Source: Eledone cirrhosa (Eukaryota). Taken from it: DNA of 64,000 nucleotides. The stretch covers positions 246,388,001 through 246,452,000 of the forward strand of contig OZ024742.1 in the NCBI GenBank assembly GCA_964016885.1, given 5' to 3'. The position numbers and the translations under genes were made by a program. The notes under the pieces are model-generated. The model ran no database searches. It saw nothing but the letters and a program-made list of their open reading frames with translations, and had not been told where the DNA came from. Below are positions 51,901 to 64,000 of this stretch, one piece after another; position 1 is the first letter of the stretch, and the number at the start of each line of letters is the position of its first letter.

Positions 51901-54850
51901 GTTATTGTGTGTGTATGTTACTGTGTGTGTATGTTACTGTGTGTGTGTATGTTACTGTGTGTGTATGTTATTGTGTGTGATTTGTTACTGTGTGCGTATG
52001 TTACTGTGTGTGTATATTACTGTGTGTGTATGTTACTGTGTGTGTATGCTACTGTGTGTGTGTATGTTACTGTGTGTGTTACTGTGTGTGTATATTACTG
52101 TGTGTATGTTACTGTGTGTGTGTATGTTACTGTGTGTGTATGTTACTGTGTGTGTATGTTACTGTGTGTGTGTATGTTACTGTGTGTGTATGTTACTGTG
52201 TGTGTATGTAATGTGTGTGTGTGTGTATGTTGCTGTGTGTGTATGTTCCTGTGTGTATGTTACTGTGTGTATATGTTACTGTGTGTGTATATTACTGTGT
52301 GTGTATGTTACTGTGTGTATATGTTACTGTGTGTATATGTTACTGTGTGTATTTGTTACTGTGTGTGTATGTTACTGTGTGTATGTTACTGTGTGTGTGT
52401 ATGTTACTGTGTGTATGTTACTGTGTGTATATGTTACTGTGTGTGTATGTTACTGTGTGTATATGTTACTGTGTGTATATGTTACTGTGTGTATTTGTTA
52501 CTGTGTGTGTATGTTACTGTGTGTATGTTACTGTGTGTGTGTATGTTACTGTGTGTATATGTTACTGTGTGTATTTGTTACTGTGTGTATATGTTACTGT
52601 GTGTGTATGTTACTGTGTGTATGTTACTGTGTGTGTATGTTACTGTGTGTGTATGTTACTGTGTGTATGTTACTGTGTGTGTATGTTACTGTGTGTGTAT
52701 GTTACTGTGTTTATGTTACTGTGTGTGTATGTTACTGTGTGTGTATGTTACTGTGTGTATGTTACTGTGTGTGTGTATGTTACTGTGTGTATATGTTACT
52801 GTGTGTATTTGTTACTGTGTGTATATGTTACTGTGTGCGTATGTTAATGTGTGTGAATGTTACTGTGTGTGTGTATGTTACTGTGTGTGTATGTTACTAT
52901 GTGTGTGTATGTTACTGTGTGTGTATGTGAATGTGTGTGTGTAGGTTACTGTGTGTGTGTATGTTAACGTGTATGTATGTTACTGTGTGTGTATGTTACT
53001 GTGTGTGTGTGTGTGTATGTTATTGTGTGTGTATGTTACTGTGTGTGTATGTTAATGTGTGTGTGTATGTTACTGTGTGTGTATGTTATTGTGTGTGTAT
53101 GTTACTGTGTGTGTATGTTACTGTGTGTGTGTATGTTACTGTGTGTGTATGTTACTGTGTGTGTATGTTACTGTGTGTGTATGTTACTGTATGTGTGTAT
53201 GCTACTGTGTGTGTATGTTACTGTGTGTGTGTATGTTTCTATGTGTGTATGTGATTGTGTGTGTATGTTACTGTGTGTGTATGTTAATGTGTGTGTGTAG
53301 GTTACTGTGTGTGTGTATGTTACTGTGTGTGTGTATGTTACTGTGTGTGTATGTTACTGTATGTGTGTATGCTACTGTGTGTGTATGTTACTATGTGTGT
53401 GTATGTTACTGTGTGTGTATGTGAATGTGTGTGTATGTTACTGTGTGTGTATGTTAATGTGTGTGTGTAGGTTACTGTGTGTGTGTATGTTACTGTGTGT
53501 GTATGTTACTGTGTGTGTATGTTACTGTGTGTATGTTACTGTGGGTGTATGTTACTGTGTGTGTATGTTACTGTGTGTGTATGTTACTGTGTGTGTATGT
53601 TACTGTGTGTGTGTGTTTGTGTGTTACTGTGTGTGTGTATGTTACTGTGTGTGTATGTTACTGTGTGTGTATGTTACTGTGTGTGTGTATGTTACTGTGT
53701 GTGTATGTTACTGTGTGTGTATGTTACTGTGTGTGTATGTTACTGTGTGTGTGTATGTTACTGTGTGTGTATGTTATTGTGTGTGATTTGTTACTGTGTG
53801 CGTATGTTACTGTGTGTGTATATTACTGTGTGTGTATATTACTGTGTGTGTATGCTACTGTGTGTGTGTATGTTACTGTGTGTGTTACTGTGTGTGTATA
53901 TTACTGTGTGTATGTTACTGTGTGTGTGTATGTTACTGTGTGTGTATGTTACTGTGTGTGTATGTTACTGTGTGTGTGTATGTTACTGTGTGTGTATGTT
54001 ACTGTGTGTGTATGTAATGTGTGTGTGTGTGTATGTTACTGTGTGTGTATGTTACTGTGTGTATGTTACTGTGTGTATATGTTTCTGTGTGTGTATATTA
54101 CTGTGTGTGTATGTTAATGTGTGTATATGTTACTGTGTGTATATGTTACTGTGTGTATTTGTTACTGTGTGTGTATGTTACTGTGTGTATGTTACTGTGT
54201 GTGTGTATGTTACTGTGTGTTTGTTACTGTGTGTATATGTTACTGTGTGTGTATGTTACTGTGTGTATATGTTACTGTGTGTATATGTTACTGTGTGTAT
54301 TTGTTACTGTGTGTGTATGTTACTGTGTGTATGTTACTGTGTGTGTGTATGTTACTGTGTGTATATGTTACTGTGTGTATTTGTTACTCTGTGTATATGT
54401 TACTGTGTGTGTATGTTACTGTGTGTATGTTACTGTGTGTGTATGTTACTGTGTGTGTATGTTACTGTGTGTATGTTACTGTGTGTGTATGTTACTGTGT
54501 GTGTATGTTACTGTGTGTATGTTACTTTGTGTGTATGTTACTGTGTCTGTATGTTACTGTGTGTATGTTACTGTGTGTGTGTATGTTACTGTGTGTATAT
54601 GTTACTGTGTGTATTTGTTACTGTGTGTATATGTTACTGTGTGCGTATGTTACTGTGTGCGTATGTTACTGTGTGTATGTTACTGTGTGTGTATGTTACT
54701 GTGTGTATATGTTATTGTGTGTGTATGTTACTGTGTGTGTATGTTACTGTGCGGGTATGTTACTGTGTGTGTGTGTATGTTCATGTGTGTGTGCGTGTGT
54801 GTGTTATGCTACTATGTGTTACCGTGTGTCTCTGTGTTACTGTGAGCATA
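37000..54850. repeat. ~18-kb satellite of TATGTTAC(TG)n units (mostly 14-18 bp) with higher-order repeats
   Basis: Directly visible; rare variant units recur at ~0.6, ~2.0-2.2 and ~4.1-4.3 kb spacings. Confidence 0.97.
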
Positions 54851-56002
54851 ACTGTTATCGTGTGTGCGTTGTTGTGCGTATGTGTTTATGTTACTGTATA
54901 TATATGTATGAGTATGTGTGTTTGTGTATGTTACTGTGTTTGTCCTTGTATGATATTGTGTATTAATGTGTGTGTATGTGCGTGTTAGTTTATGGTCTGT
55001 GTGTGTGTGTTAATGTAAGGTCTGTGTCTGTGTGTCTGTGTGAGTGTATGTGTGTGTGTGTAAGTTCTGTGTGTGTGTGTGTGTGTGTGAGTGTATGTGT
55101 GTGTGTGAGAGTGTATGTGTGTGTTAGGTCTGTGTGTGTGTGTGAGTGTGTGTTAGTGTAAGATCTGTCTGTGTGTTAATGTAAGGTCTGTGTGTGAGAG
55201 TGTGTGTGAATGTATGTGTGCTAATGTAAGGTCTGTGTGTGTGTGTGTGTGAGAGTGTGTATGAGTGTGTGTGTGTTAGTGTTAATCTGTGTGTGTGTGA
55301 GAGAGTGTGTGTGAGTGTGTGTGTGTTAGTGTTAGGTCTGTGTGAGTATGTGTGTGTTAGTGTAAGGTCTGTGTGTGTGTGAGGTTGTGTGAGTGAGTGT
55401 GTGTTAGTGTAAGGTCTGTGTGTGTGAGTGTGTGTGAGTGTATGTGTGAGTGTGTGTTTTAATGTAAGGTCCCTGTGTGTGTGATGTGTGTGAGTGTGTA
55501 AGTGTGTGTGTGTGAGTGTGTGAGTGTGTGAGTGTGTATGGTTGTAAGTACTGTAGTGTAGTAGAAGTGTAGCTTTGATTTAGTAGGGGTATAAAGATGT
55601 GGGAAGGTGGTGAGATCGTATGGTATGTAGTAATGTGTTTAAGAGAGTGTGTAAGTATGTGTGTATGAGTGAGTGCGGTGGTGTGTGGTATAGTAGTGTA
55701 TGTATGTGTGTGTTGTATGGTGGTTTGGTGGTTGAGTATTTGCGTATGTATGTATGTATGTATGTATGTATGTATGTATGTATGTATGTATGTATGTATG
55801 AATGTCTGTCTGTCTGTCTGTCTGTCTGTATGTATGTATGTATGTAGGTATGTATGAATGTCTGTCTGTCTGTCTGTCTGTCTGTATGTATGTATGTATG
55901 TATGTGTGCGTATGTATATTATACATATATATGCGTGTGTGAGTGTGTGCATGTTATGTATAAGTGTGGATATATGCATATTCATGTATGTATAAATATA
56001 TG

Positions 56003-56037
<35 letters not shown>

Positions 56038-56085
56038 GTATATATATATGCGTGTGTGTGTGTATATATATGTGTGTATGTGTGA
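54850..56085. repeat. Degenerate TG-rich flank with a second motif GTTAGTGTAAGGTC(TG)n, then (TATG)n/(TCTG)n/(TA)n
   Basis: Directly visible. Confidence 0.85.
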
Positions 56086-56291
56086 TGAGAGAAGTCAACA
56101 GAAGTCACAAGTGCACATATCGACAATTTAATCAGGTTATTTATATATTTTCCCTTCACCCTCTCCCCTCCCACTCGCCCCCCCCCCAGTGTACTCTCTT
56201 CCCCAACTTCTCCACCCACACTCTCCCATATGTTTAACCCTACACACATCTTACCTTCCCATTTTATCTCCATTTCACCACCATAAACGAT

Positions 56292-56435
56292 AACTGAGTG
56301 GTTAAGAAGCTCACTTGACAATCATGAGGTTCCGGGTTCGATCCCGCTGCGTTGCATCATAGAAAATTTCATTTTACCCATCCTCGGTTTAATCAAGGCC
56401 TTGTGAGTAAAATTGGGCATATAGAAACCACGTGG
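56292..56435 (+). mobile_element. Old tRNA-derived SINE head (third family)
   Basis: TAACTGAGTGGTTAAG A-box-like, GGTTCGATCCC B box, followed by GCCTTGTGAGT; no acceptor stem. Confidence 0.55.
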
Positions 56436-57734
56436 AGGTCTGTTGTAGGGATTGTACCTGTGATTCAAAGATCCCAACTTATCACATATTGTGCCACGCT
56501 CATTCAGCTTGAAAATTATGGGTACACGTGTCTGTGGAATCCTCAGCCACTTACACATGTACAGTACCTGCAATTCAAAATCCAGTCTTGTCATACAGTA
56601 ACACTGAATCTACCCGCGAATTACATTAATAGTACACATGCCTTTGGAATACTCAACCACTTTAAACATTACCACTCTCTATTTCCCCTACTCCCACTCC
56701 CCTTTTCTCTATATTTTTTCACTCTCTTTTGTCTCTATTATCCTTTCTCACGCCCTCTCTCCCCCCATCTCTCCCCCTCTCCCCCTTCTCTCCCGATCTT
56801 GCCCTTATCCAAATGAAACCCTCACACAGTACCTTTCACTTTCATTATCACTTTTCGACAAATATCCTCACTCACCATTATTCTTTCTCCAAGTTAGACC
56901 CCCCTCTAATGCTCACTCTCAGTCTATCTATAGCACGCCACTCCTATCCCACAATCACTGTTGTTTATCTGCCAACATCCGATTCCATTTCAAAACAATG
57001 CGACAGTTTCTATATATACACGTATATAGAATTACACCTCACACTCACCTACTACTACCCCCTCTCTCTCTGACACTCTTACTCTTTCTCTCTTCCTTTC
57101 CCCTCTCTCTCTCTCTTGCACACACATACACACATATGTGTGTCTCTCTCTCCCTCACACACATACACGCATATGTCATTCTCACACTTGCACACTCATA
57201 TACATATATATGTATAATTAGAAGACAAATCAAGTCGAATAGAATGGACATAGCCTCGGCCGGTTCCTCACTCAATGGGAAACTAAGTTTGTATTATTAA
57301 AATTCAAACCCAGCTGGCCAGAGTGCACACTTTCGTTAAACAGTGAGGTAAACGAGTTTGTGTGGGTAAGATGATAAGGTATCCTGACTCCTATAACAGT
57401 TTCAACAAGTCCTGAACCGCTGGTCGTTCACCGAGATGTGCAGCCATGTGCAGAATATTAGGTAATGTTAGTACACATTACATAATTAAGCGTAGGGCCG
57501 TTTCGTCAGCGGGAGGTTGCCTCCCTGTTAAGGATAGACAGAAAATGGCGTGTTAGCTCCTTCAGTTACTAGTCGCAAGTGAAGGTAGTAATGTATCCTT
57601 TAGTGACGTGTGACGTCAGATCAAAGAAGAGGCAAGCCAGGTCTGACCGTACAGATGAACATGTTGACAAAGGAAATTCACATTGAAAAAATGTGATTAT
57701 TGCTTCAAGCATATATATATATATATATATATAC

Positions 57735-57872
57735 ATAGGAAAAAGTATGACCCCGGCGGCTTGAGCTCTGCCGTCGGGGTCATACTTTTTCCTATTACCC
57801 ACTCTACTACCCTAAGTATTGAGTACTCTGGTGCGTTATGGTCCATCTGGTTCCTTACCACAACTACTTCGT
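57735..57872. mobile_element. Mini fold-back R (arms 57735-57760 / 57770-57795) plus right tail, in (TA)n
   Basis: ataggaaaaagtatgaccccggcggc / gccgtcggggtcatactttttcctat; tail CACTC...GAGTAC. Confidence 0.75.
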
Positions 57873-57889
57873 TATATATATATAAATAA

Positions 57890-57919
<30 letters not shown>

Positions 57920-57926
<7 letters not shown>

Positions 57927-58160
57927 GCTTTCACCGTATTTTTGACTAAAAGAATTTTAGCCTGATAATGGGGTTTTAGAACCCTCAGATAAATGGAAAA
58001 AGATGAGTATTGACGTACGTCAATAATCATCTTTTTCCATTTATCTGAGGGTTCTAAAACCCCATTATCAGGCTAAAATTCCTTTAGTAATAAATACGGT
58101 GAAAGCTATATATTTTCTAATTTCACACCTGCTCACTGTTTCAAAACATACTTACTTGTT
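57920..58160. mobile_element. Fold-back S copy 1 (palindrome ~57920-58113, apex GACGT|ACGTC, right tail)
   Basis: Near-perfect palindrome; same element as 60677-60925. Confidence 0.85.
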
Positions 58161-58182
58161 ATATATATATATATATATATAT

Positions 58183-58685
58183 AAACAAGATAAGAAATAT
58201 CTTTTTCTCTATTTATTTTGATGTCCCGACTGCAGTTCCGCTGAGTAATCGCAGTGTTTTGAGTACTGTGAGAAGTCTCAGTTATTCATGGAAATCTCAG
58301 TAAAAAAAAGATCTTTTGAATGGAAGAATTTTTACGTGATTAACGGCCAGCAGAAGGGCAGTGGTAGGTGTTCATTACTCCACTGCGGTAGAGTATGAAA
58401 TTTAGCTGAATCGGTTGCTATTTCTAGCAGCCCGTTACTTACCATTGTCCACCTACCACTGGCCATCTGTTGACCATTAATCACGTGATAATTCTTCCAT
58501 TCGAAATTATCGCTTGTAGCAGCTAACTAAGAAGAATTTTTATTGATTGAGAAGTTCCTTGATGAGCTGAGACTTCCCACAGTACTAAAAAAAAATCCCC
58601 TGCGATTACTCACCGAAACTGCAGTCGGGACATCAAAGTAAAAAGGTACACTTTTTTCTTATCTTGTTTACTTTTCCCAAGTATA
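58183..58685. mobile_element. Old diverged fold-back T with HHR at 58554-58631 (+)
   Basis: gttcc-TTGATGA-tgag/ctca-GAAA-ctgcag-TC-gggac; the arms are clearly diverged. Confidence 0.72.
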
Positions 58686-58883
58686 ATTTTATATATATAT
58701 CACTATATCACACGCTGATACATACACACATATGTCTCTGTCTGTCTGTCTGTCTCTCTCTCTCTCGCTATATATACACATACACACACACACATATATA
58801 TATACATATACACACATAATATATATATATATATATATATACACATACACATACACACATATATATAATATATATATATATAT

Positions 58884-59102
58884 ATAGTTATGTAATAGAC
58901 AACAAGATAATTATTTCATTTACCAGTGGTTTGCTTTCAATCATCAGCATTCTGATGATTGAAAGCAAATTTTGTTTGCTTTCAAGAAACCACTGGTAAC
59001 TGAAATAATTATCTATGTTGTTTATTACATAACTATTAAGCTCTGTAACCTACATAGAGCACTCTTTTTTCCTGGACCTTTCCGACGGAATTACTTCATT
59101 CA
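58884..59102. mobile_element. Fold-back U (58884-59036) with HHR core at 58952-58998 and right tail
   Basis: CTGATGA-ttgaaagcaaa/tttgctttcaa-GAAA-ccactgg-TA; the 5' strand of stem I is lost at the apex; tail hairpin GCTCT...AGAGCAC. Confidence 0.75.
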
Positions 59103-59163
59103 TATATATATAAACAAATTAACTCGAAAATAGAGTTTTGAGACGCGAGTGTATTAAAATTCT

Positions 59164-59562
59164 CAGAGAAATGGGAAAACTCGGTGCATGGAAGATATTA
59201 GAACAGAAAAATACCGTGGAAGCGGCGTTGGGTAAAATATTAGCTCGACGTGAGTTGACTCGAAGGAAGAAAACGATGATAGGATGGAGGAAAAAGAATA
59301 GATGAAAGCGAACAAACATTAAAATATGCTCTTCAGATTTCAACCTCCTGCAGTTTCGAGGACTGCAGGAGGTTGAGATCTGAAGAGCATATTTTGCTTT
59401 CATCCATTCTTTTTCCTTCATCCTATCTTCTCTTCCTTCCTTCGAGTCAACTCACATCGAGCCGCTGATCTCTGTTCTTCGAGGTAATACTCTACCCAAC
59501 GCCGTTTCGACGGTATGTTGCTCTTCTAACAGCTTCCATGCACCGAGTTTTCCCATTTCCTG

Positions 59563-59563
<1 letters not shown>
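59164..59563. mobile_element. Diverged fold-back V (arms ~59164-59354 / 59362-59563)
   Basis: gaaatgggaaaactcggtgcatggaag is mirrored at the right end; CTGAAGA near the apex. Confidence 0.7.
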
Positions 59564-59595
<32 letters not shown>

Positions 59596-59644
59596 TACGG
59601 TATATAAATATATAAAATATATATTTTGCAAGATTTCTTATCTG

Positions 59645-59930
59645 AAAACGTTTGTTTCAACAGTTATTTTTATACTTTGGGAGGGTCATGCTGCCAATAA
59701 AAACACCTGCACTTTTTGGTTTTGACTTCAAATTTCCGGTTGGCTGGTTCAATAACCGGATGGTTGTTAATATATTATCAAAGTTCATTCCTCACACATT
59801 CTGTGACCTCCTCAATGACTGATTTGCTATATTATTTTGTGTCTCTCCTTTGTTCTGTCCTACACCATCTACAAAAACAAGATGGTGTAGGACAGAACAA
59901 AGGTGAGACACAATAACAGATCAGTCACGA
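59645..59930 (-). mobile_element. Family I-related copy with degenerate HHR and a local fold-back (~59834-59915)
   Basis: Reverse-complement homolog of 28280-28540. Confidence 0.65.
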
Positions 59931-60374
59931 ACAACGAGGAACATTGTACTACAGAGTGGCCTATCAAACCTGAACTTTCCCAGGTAGCATCAATGTTGCT
60001 TGATATCGCTGGAGGATGTGATTCTATTGAAAGGTTCCGAAATTCTCCTGTCGACAACAGATGAAGGGAATGTCCCATTGTGCAAGCTGTATGTAAAATA
60101 TTAATGTATTGTAGCTCTAATATGGAATTATGGCATTTCTTTCAGCCTTTTACGAGACAGTATGTCATGAAACAGGACTCTTCAATTGGAATTTAGACAG
60201 CATCAACTAGATAATGAGGTACGTATATCTGTATGTGTTGGTTTGTGCGTATGTGTGTGTGTGAGTGTGTGTTGTGTGTGTATGCGTGTGTGGTGTGTGT
60301 GCAGGCATGGATGGTATTGCATGTGTGGACCCGTATGTGTTGTGTTATATGCGCACGCACACACACACACACAC

Positions 60375-60450
<76 letters not shown>

Positions 60451-60489
60451 ATGTATATATATATATATATATTTGTGTTTTATATATCA

Positions 60490-60551
<62 letters not shown>

Positions 60552-60676
60552 TGATATAAAAAACACACTCACAGACACACACACATATATATATATATAT
60601 ACGTGTGTGTGTGTGTGCGTGCGCATATAACACAACGCACACACACACACACATATACATATATATATATATATAT

Positions 60677-61560
<884 letters not shown>

Positions 61561-61669
61561 GCATAAAGAAAATAACACTACTAGGTACTGCACATATGTA
61601 CAGACCACTCTAGGACATAAATATATAGAAAACAGAAGAAGATCGTAACTAATTGCCACAAAATATGTT

Positions 61670-62382
61670 GTCGCACGCTCTACCGATTCAGTTAATCCAC
61701 CACCCTAATAATAATTGTTTCTATTTTTGGCTCAAGGCCAACAACTATCTCAGTGCATTACTGGTACTTTTACTTTATCGGCCCCGCAAGGATGTAAGGC
61801 AAAGTTAACTTCGGCGGGATTTGAATTCAGACCGCAAAGGGAGGTGTCCCTATGTATGAAAGCATGGTGTCTGGCCCTCTACCGATACTGCAAATCAACC
61901 AATAATAATGGCCAGCAATTACCCAGTGCATTACTGGTACTTTATTTTATCGACCCCGTAAGGATGAAAGGCAAAGTCAACCTCGGCGGGATTTGAACTC
62001 AGATCGTAAAGGGACGAAAACTATGCTGGAAAGCATGGCGTCTGGCCCTCTACTGATACTGCCAATCAACCAATAATAATGGCTTCTGATTTAGGCACAA
62101 GGTCAAACATTTTCGGAGAAGGGAAGTCAGTCGATTACATCGACCCCAGTGCATTACTGGTGCTTTATTTTATCAACCTCGTAAGGATGAAAGGCAAAAC
62201 TAACCTTGGCGCGGCGATATTTGCAATCAGAACGTAAAGGACCATAACTCTATACCGCAAAGCACGGTGTCTGACGCTCTACCGATACTGTCAATGCACC
62301 ACCCCAATAATAATTGTTTCTACTTTAGGCACAAGGCCAGCAATTACCCAGTGCATTACTGGTACTTTATTTTATCGACCCC
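61670..62382 (-). mobile_element. Cluster of ~4-5 tandem SINEs and fragments separated by (AAT)n
   Basis: Reverse complement of the major SINE core, repeated. Confidence 0.85.
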
Positions 62383-62396
62383 TTAATAATAATAAT

Positions 62397-63018
62397 GCTT
62401 TCTTTATTAACCACAAGAGTTTATTACACAAAGTATGACATTAAGGACAATACAGGGCAATACAGGACAATACAGGATGGTACAAATGGGCATTTCTGCG
62501 TGTAAAAAAAAACAAAAACAGAGGATGTACCAAAAAAAGGAGGAGGGCGGGAAAATCTTCACGATGGACTCAGCTGATAGCCGGATCCGTCCTACATGCG
62601 ACAGCAGGTGTTCGACATAAACCCACAAGTCAGCAATGCTCGGACACTGGACGAGTGCATGCAGGACGGTTTCGTCGCCCTGCGCGCATCTCGGGCATGT
62701 TCGGCTGATGGCACTTCTATGCCTGTAGAGTTTATCCCGAACTGGCAAAGCTCCTCGGTAGCACTGCCAGGCCAGGGATCTCTGGAAGTTGTCCATAGGC
62801 CCCGGCCCGAAAGTTCTTCCGAAGAGATTGGCTAGTTGATTTTCATTGACGCCCAGAGTCTCCCAAAGTACGTCGTCGCTCTTCCCCTCCACTAATCCTC
62901 TATAGATCGCCGAGGTGGAGTTTCCACCGATCGCATTGCTCGACTGGTCGAGGGCTGTGAGCGCCTGAAGACATTCCAGTCTCCAAGCGCTCCCGCTCGG
63001 TCTTCGCTTGACCCAGGA
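62397..63018 (-). mobile_element. 5'-truncated, internally deleted Tx1-like LINE fragment flanked by TAATAATAAT
   Basis: LFGRTFGPGPMDNFQRSLAWQCYRGALPVRDKLYRH...CPRC...HALVQC matches the ORF2 C-terminus of copies 1 and 2; 3' end AATAAAGAAAGC. Confidence 0.88.
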
Positions 63019-63028
63019 TAATAATAAT

Positions 63029-63245
63029 CATTTCTACTTTAGGCACAAGACCAGCAATGTGGGGGGAGGGGAAACTCGATTAAATCGACCCCAGTGCGTT
63101 ACTGGTACTTTATTTTATCGGCTTCGTATGTATGAAAGTCAAAACTAACCTCGGTGGGATTTGAACTCAGAACATAAATGGCCAAAACTCAATTCCGCAA
63201 AGCATGGTGTCTGACGCTCTACCGATACTGCCAACCCATCGCCCT
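63029..63245 (-). mobile_element. Full-length SINE (long 3' variant)
   Basis: Reverse complement of the major family. Confidence 0.85.
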
Positions 63246-63275
63246 AATAATGATAATATTAATATTAATAATATT

Positions 63276-63321
<46 letters not shown>

Positions 63322-63403
63322 ACGACAACAACAACGACAACAACAACAACGACAAAAACAACAACAACAACAACAACAGCAGCAGCAGCAGCAGCAGGCA
63401 ACA
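63246..63403. repeat. Compound (AAT)(AAC/GAC)(AGC) microsatellite
   Basis: Directly visible. Confidence 0.92.
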
Positions 63404-63741
63404 ATAGTAAATGGCAATGTTAAACGACAAGCAATAAAGATGAGAAAACTAGATTTTTTTCTTAGAGCAGGCAATTTGAATTTATGAAAAGAGCTCATTT
63501 TATGAAAGTAGAATGTATTGTTAAGGTTGTTTTATAATATAGCTATTTGCTGCGGGACTGATTAATAAACTTCCGCCTAGTTTATGAGAGAGAACTAATT
63601 TAAGACGCCATATTTTAATATGTATATTTTCTAATAATGTAAGTTAATGTTTAATTTTAGATATAATACCTGAATAATGGCAGCGGCAACGAATTGGAGT
63701 AGGTAAGTTTTGTTGTAAGCCAATGTCGATGAGTTTATATG

Positions 63742-63784
<43 letters not shown>

Positions 63785-63807
63785 TATATATATATATACA
63801 CACACAC

Positions 63808-63838
<31 letters not shown>

Positions 63839-64000
63839 AAGAGAGATATTATAAATTGGAACTAGTAAGAGCATTATTCAAATTAGTACTCCATATATTA
63901 GATGATAGTAGAATGTAGATACTATTCTAAAATATATGCATACACACACACACACACACACTCAGTGAGGCACATTATTAATACTCTGAATATGAATAAT

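Noticed and set aside
36998-55161. Dozens of long Cys/Val/Tyr/Met-rich ORFs
   Set aside because: They are translations of the TG satellite, open in several frames because stops are scarce; there is no coding signal.
36513-56360. tRNA genes at 36513 and 56292 and in the major SINE heads
   Set aside because: A and B boxes are present but there is no complete cloverleaf, and SINE bodies follow.
57240-57690. Unique-looking GC-richer segment as an exon or TE
   Set aside because: No convincing ORF, splice pair or repeat motif could be supported by eye.

Overview
This is repeat-saturated, AT-rich eukaryotic DNA. The SINE families and microsatellite load suggest an octopod (coleoid cephalopod) genome; that taxon call is inference. 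No complete host gene is visible. Main contents: (1) 0.9-12.8 kb: two nearly full-length L1/Tx1-clade LINEs plus a short 3' stub, all on the minus strand and each flanked by (GATA)n; a related 3' fragment at 62.4-63.0 kb sits in (AAT)n instead. (2) 12.8-33 kb and 57.7-61 kb: a dense field of insertions into (TA)n tracts. These include a 5'-truncated Penelope-like element (PLE; RT + GIY-YIG, Naiad-like) with an inverted pseudo-LTR, a second PLE 3' fragment, and more than a dozen short non-coding fold-back or tandem elements carrying about 10 different type I hammerhead ribozymes (HHR). (3) tRNA-derived SINE clusters and a mariner remnant. (4) A candidate host exon (signal peptide interrupted by an in-frame TAG, then a Thr-rich segment) at 33.9-34.2 kb, followed by a 42-bp minisatellite. 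(5) An ~18-kb TATGTTAC(TG)n satellite with higher-order repeats. The most interesting signal is the shared architecture of the HHR elements: one arm ends in TA microhomology just 5' of a covarying 'tail' hairpin, the other arm is an inverted copy that includes the tail, and in one case the forward copy starts at the predicted ribozyme cleavage site. All coordinates were read by hand and may be off by a few bases.
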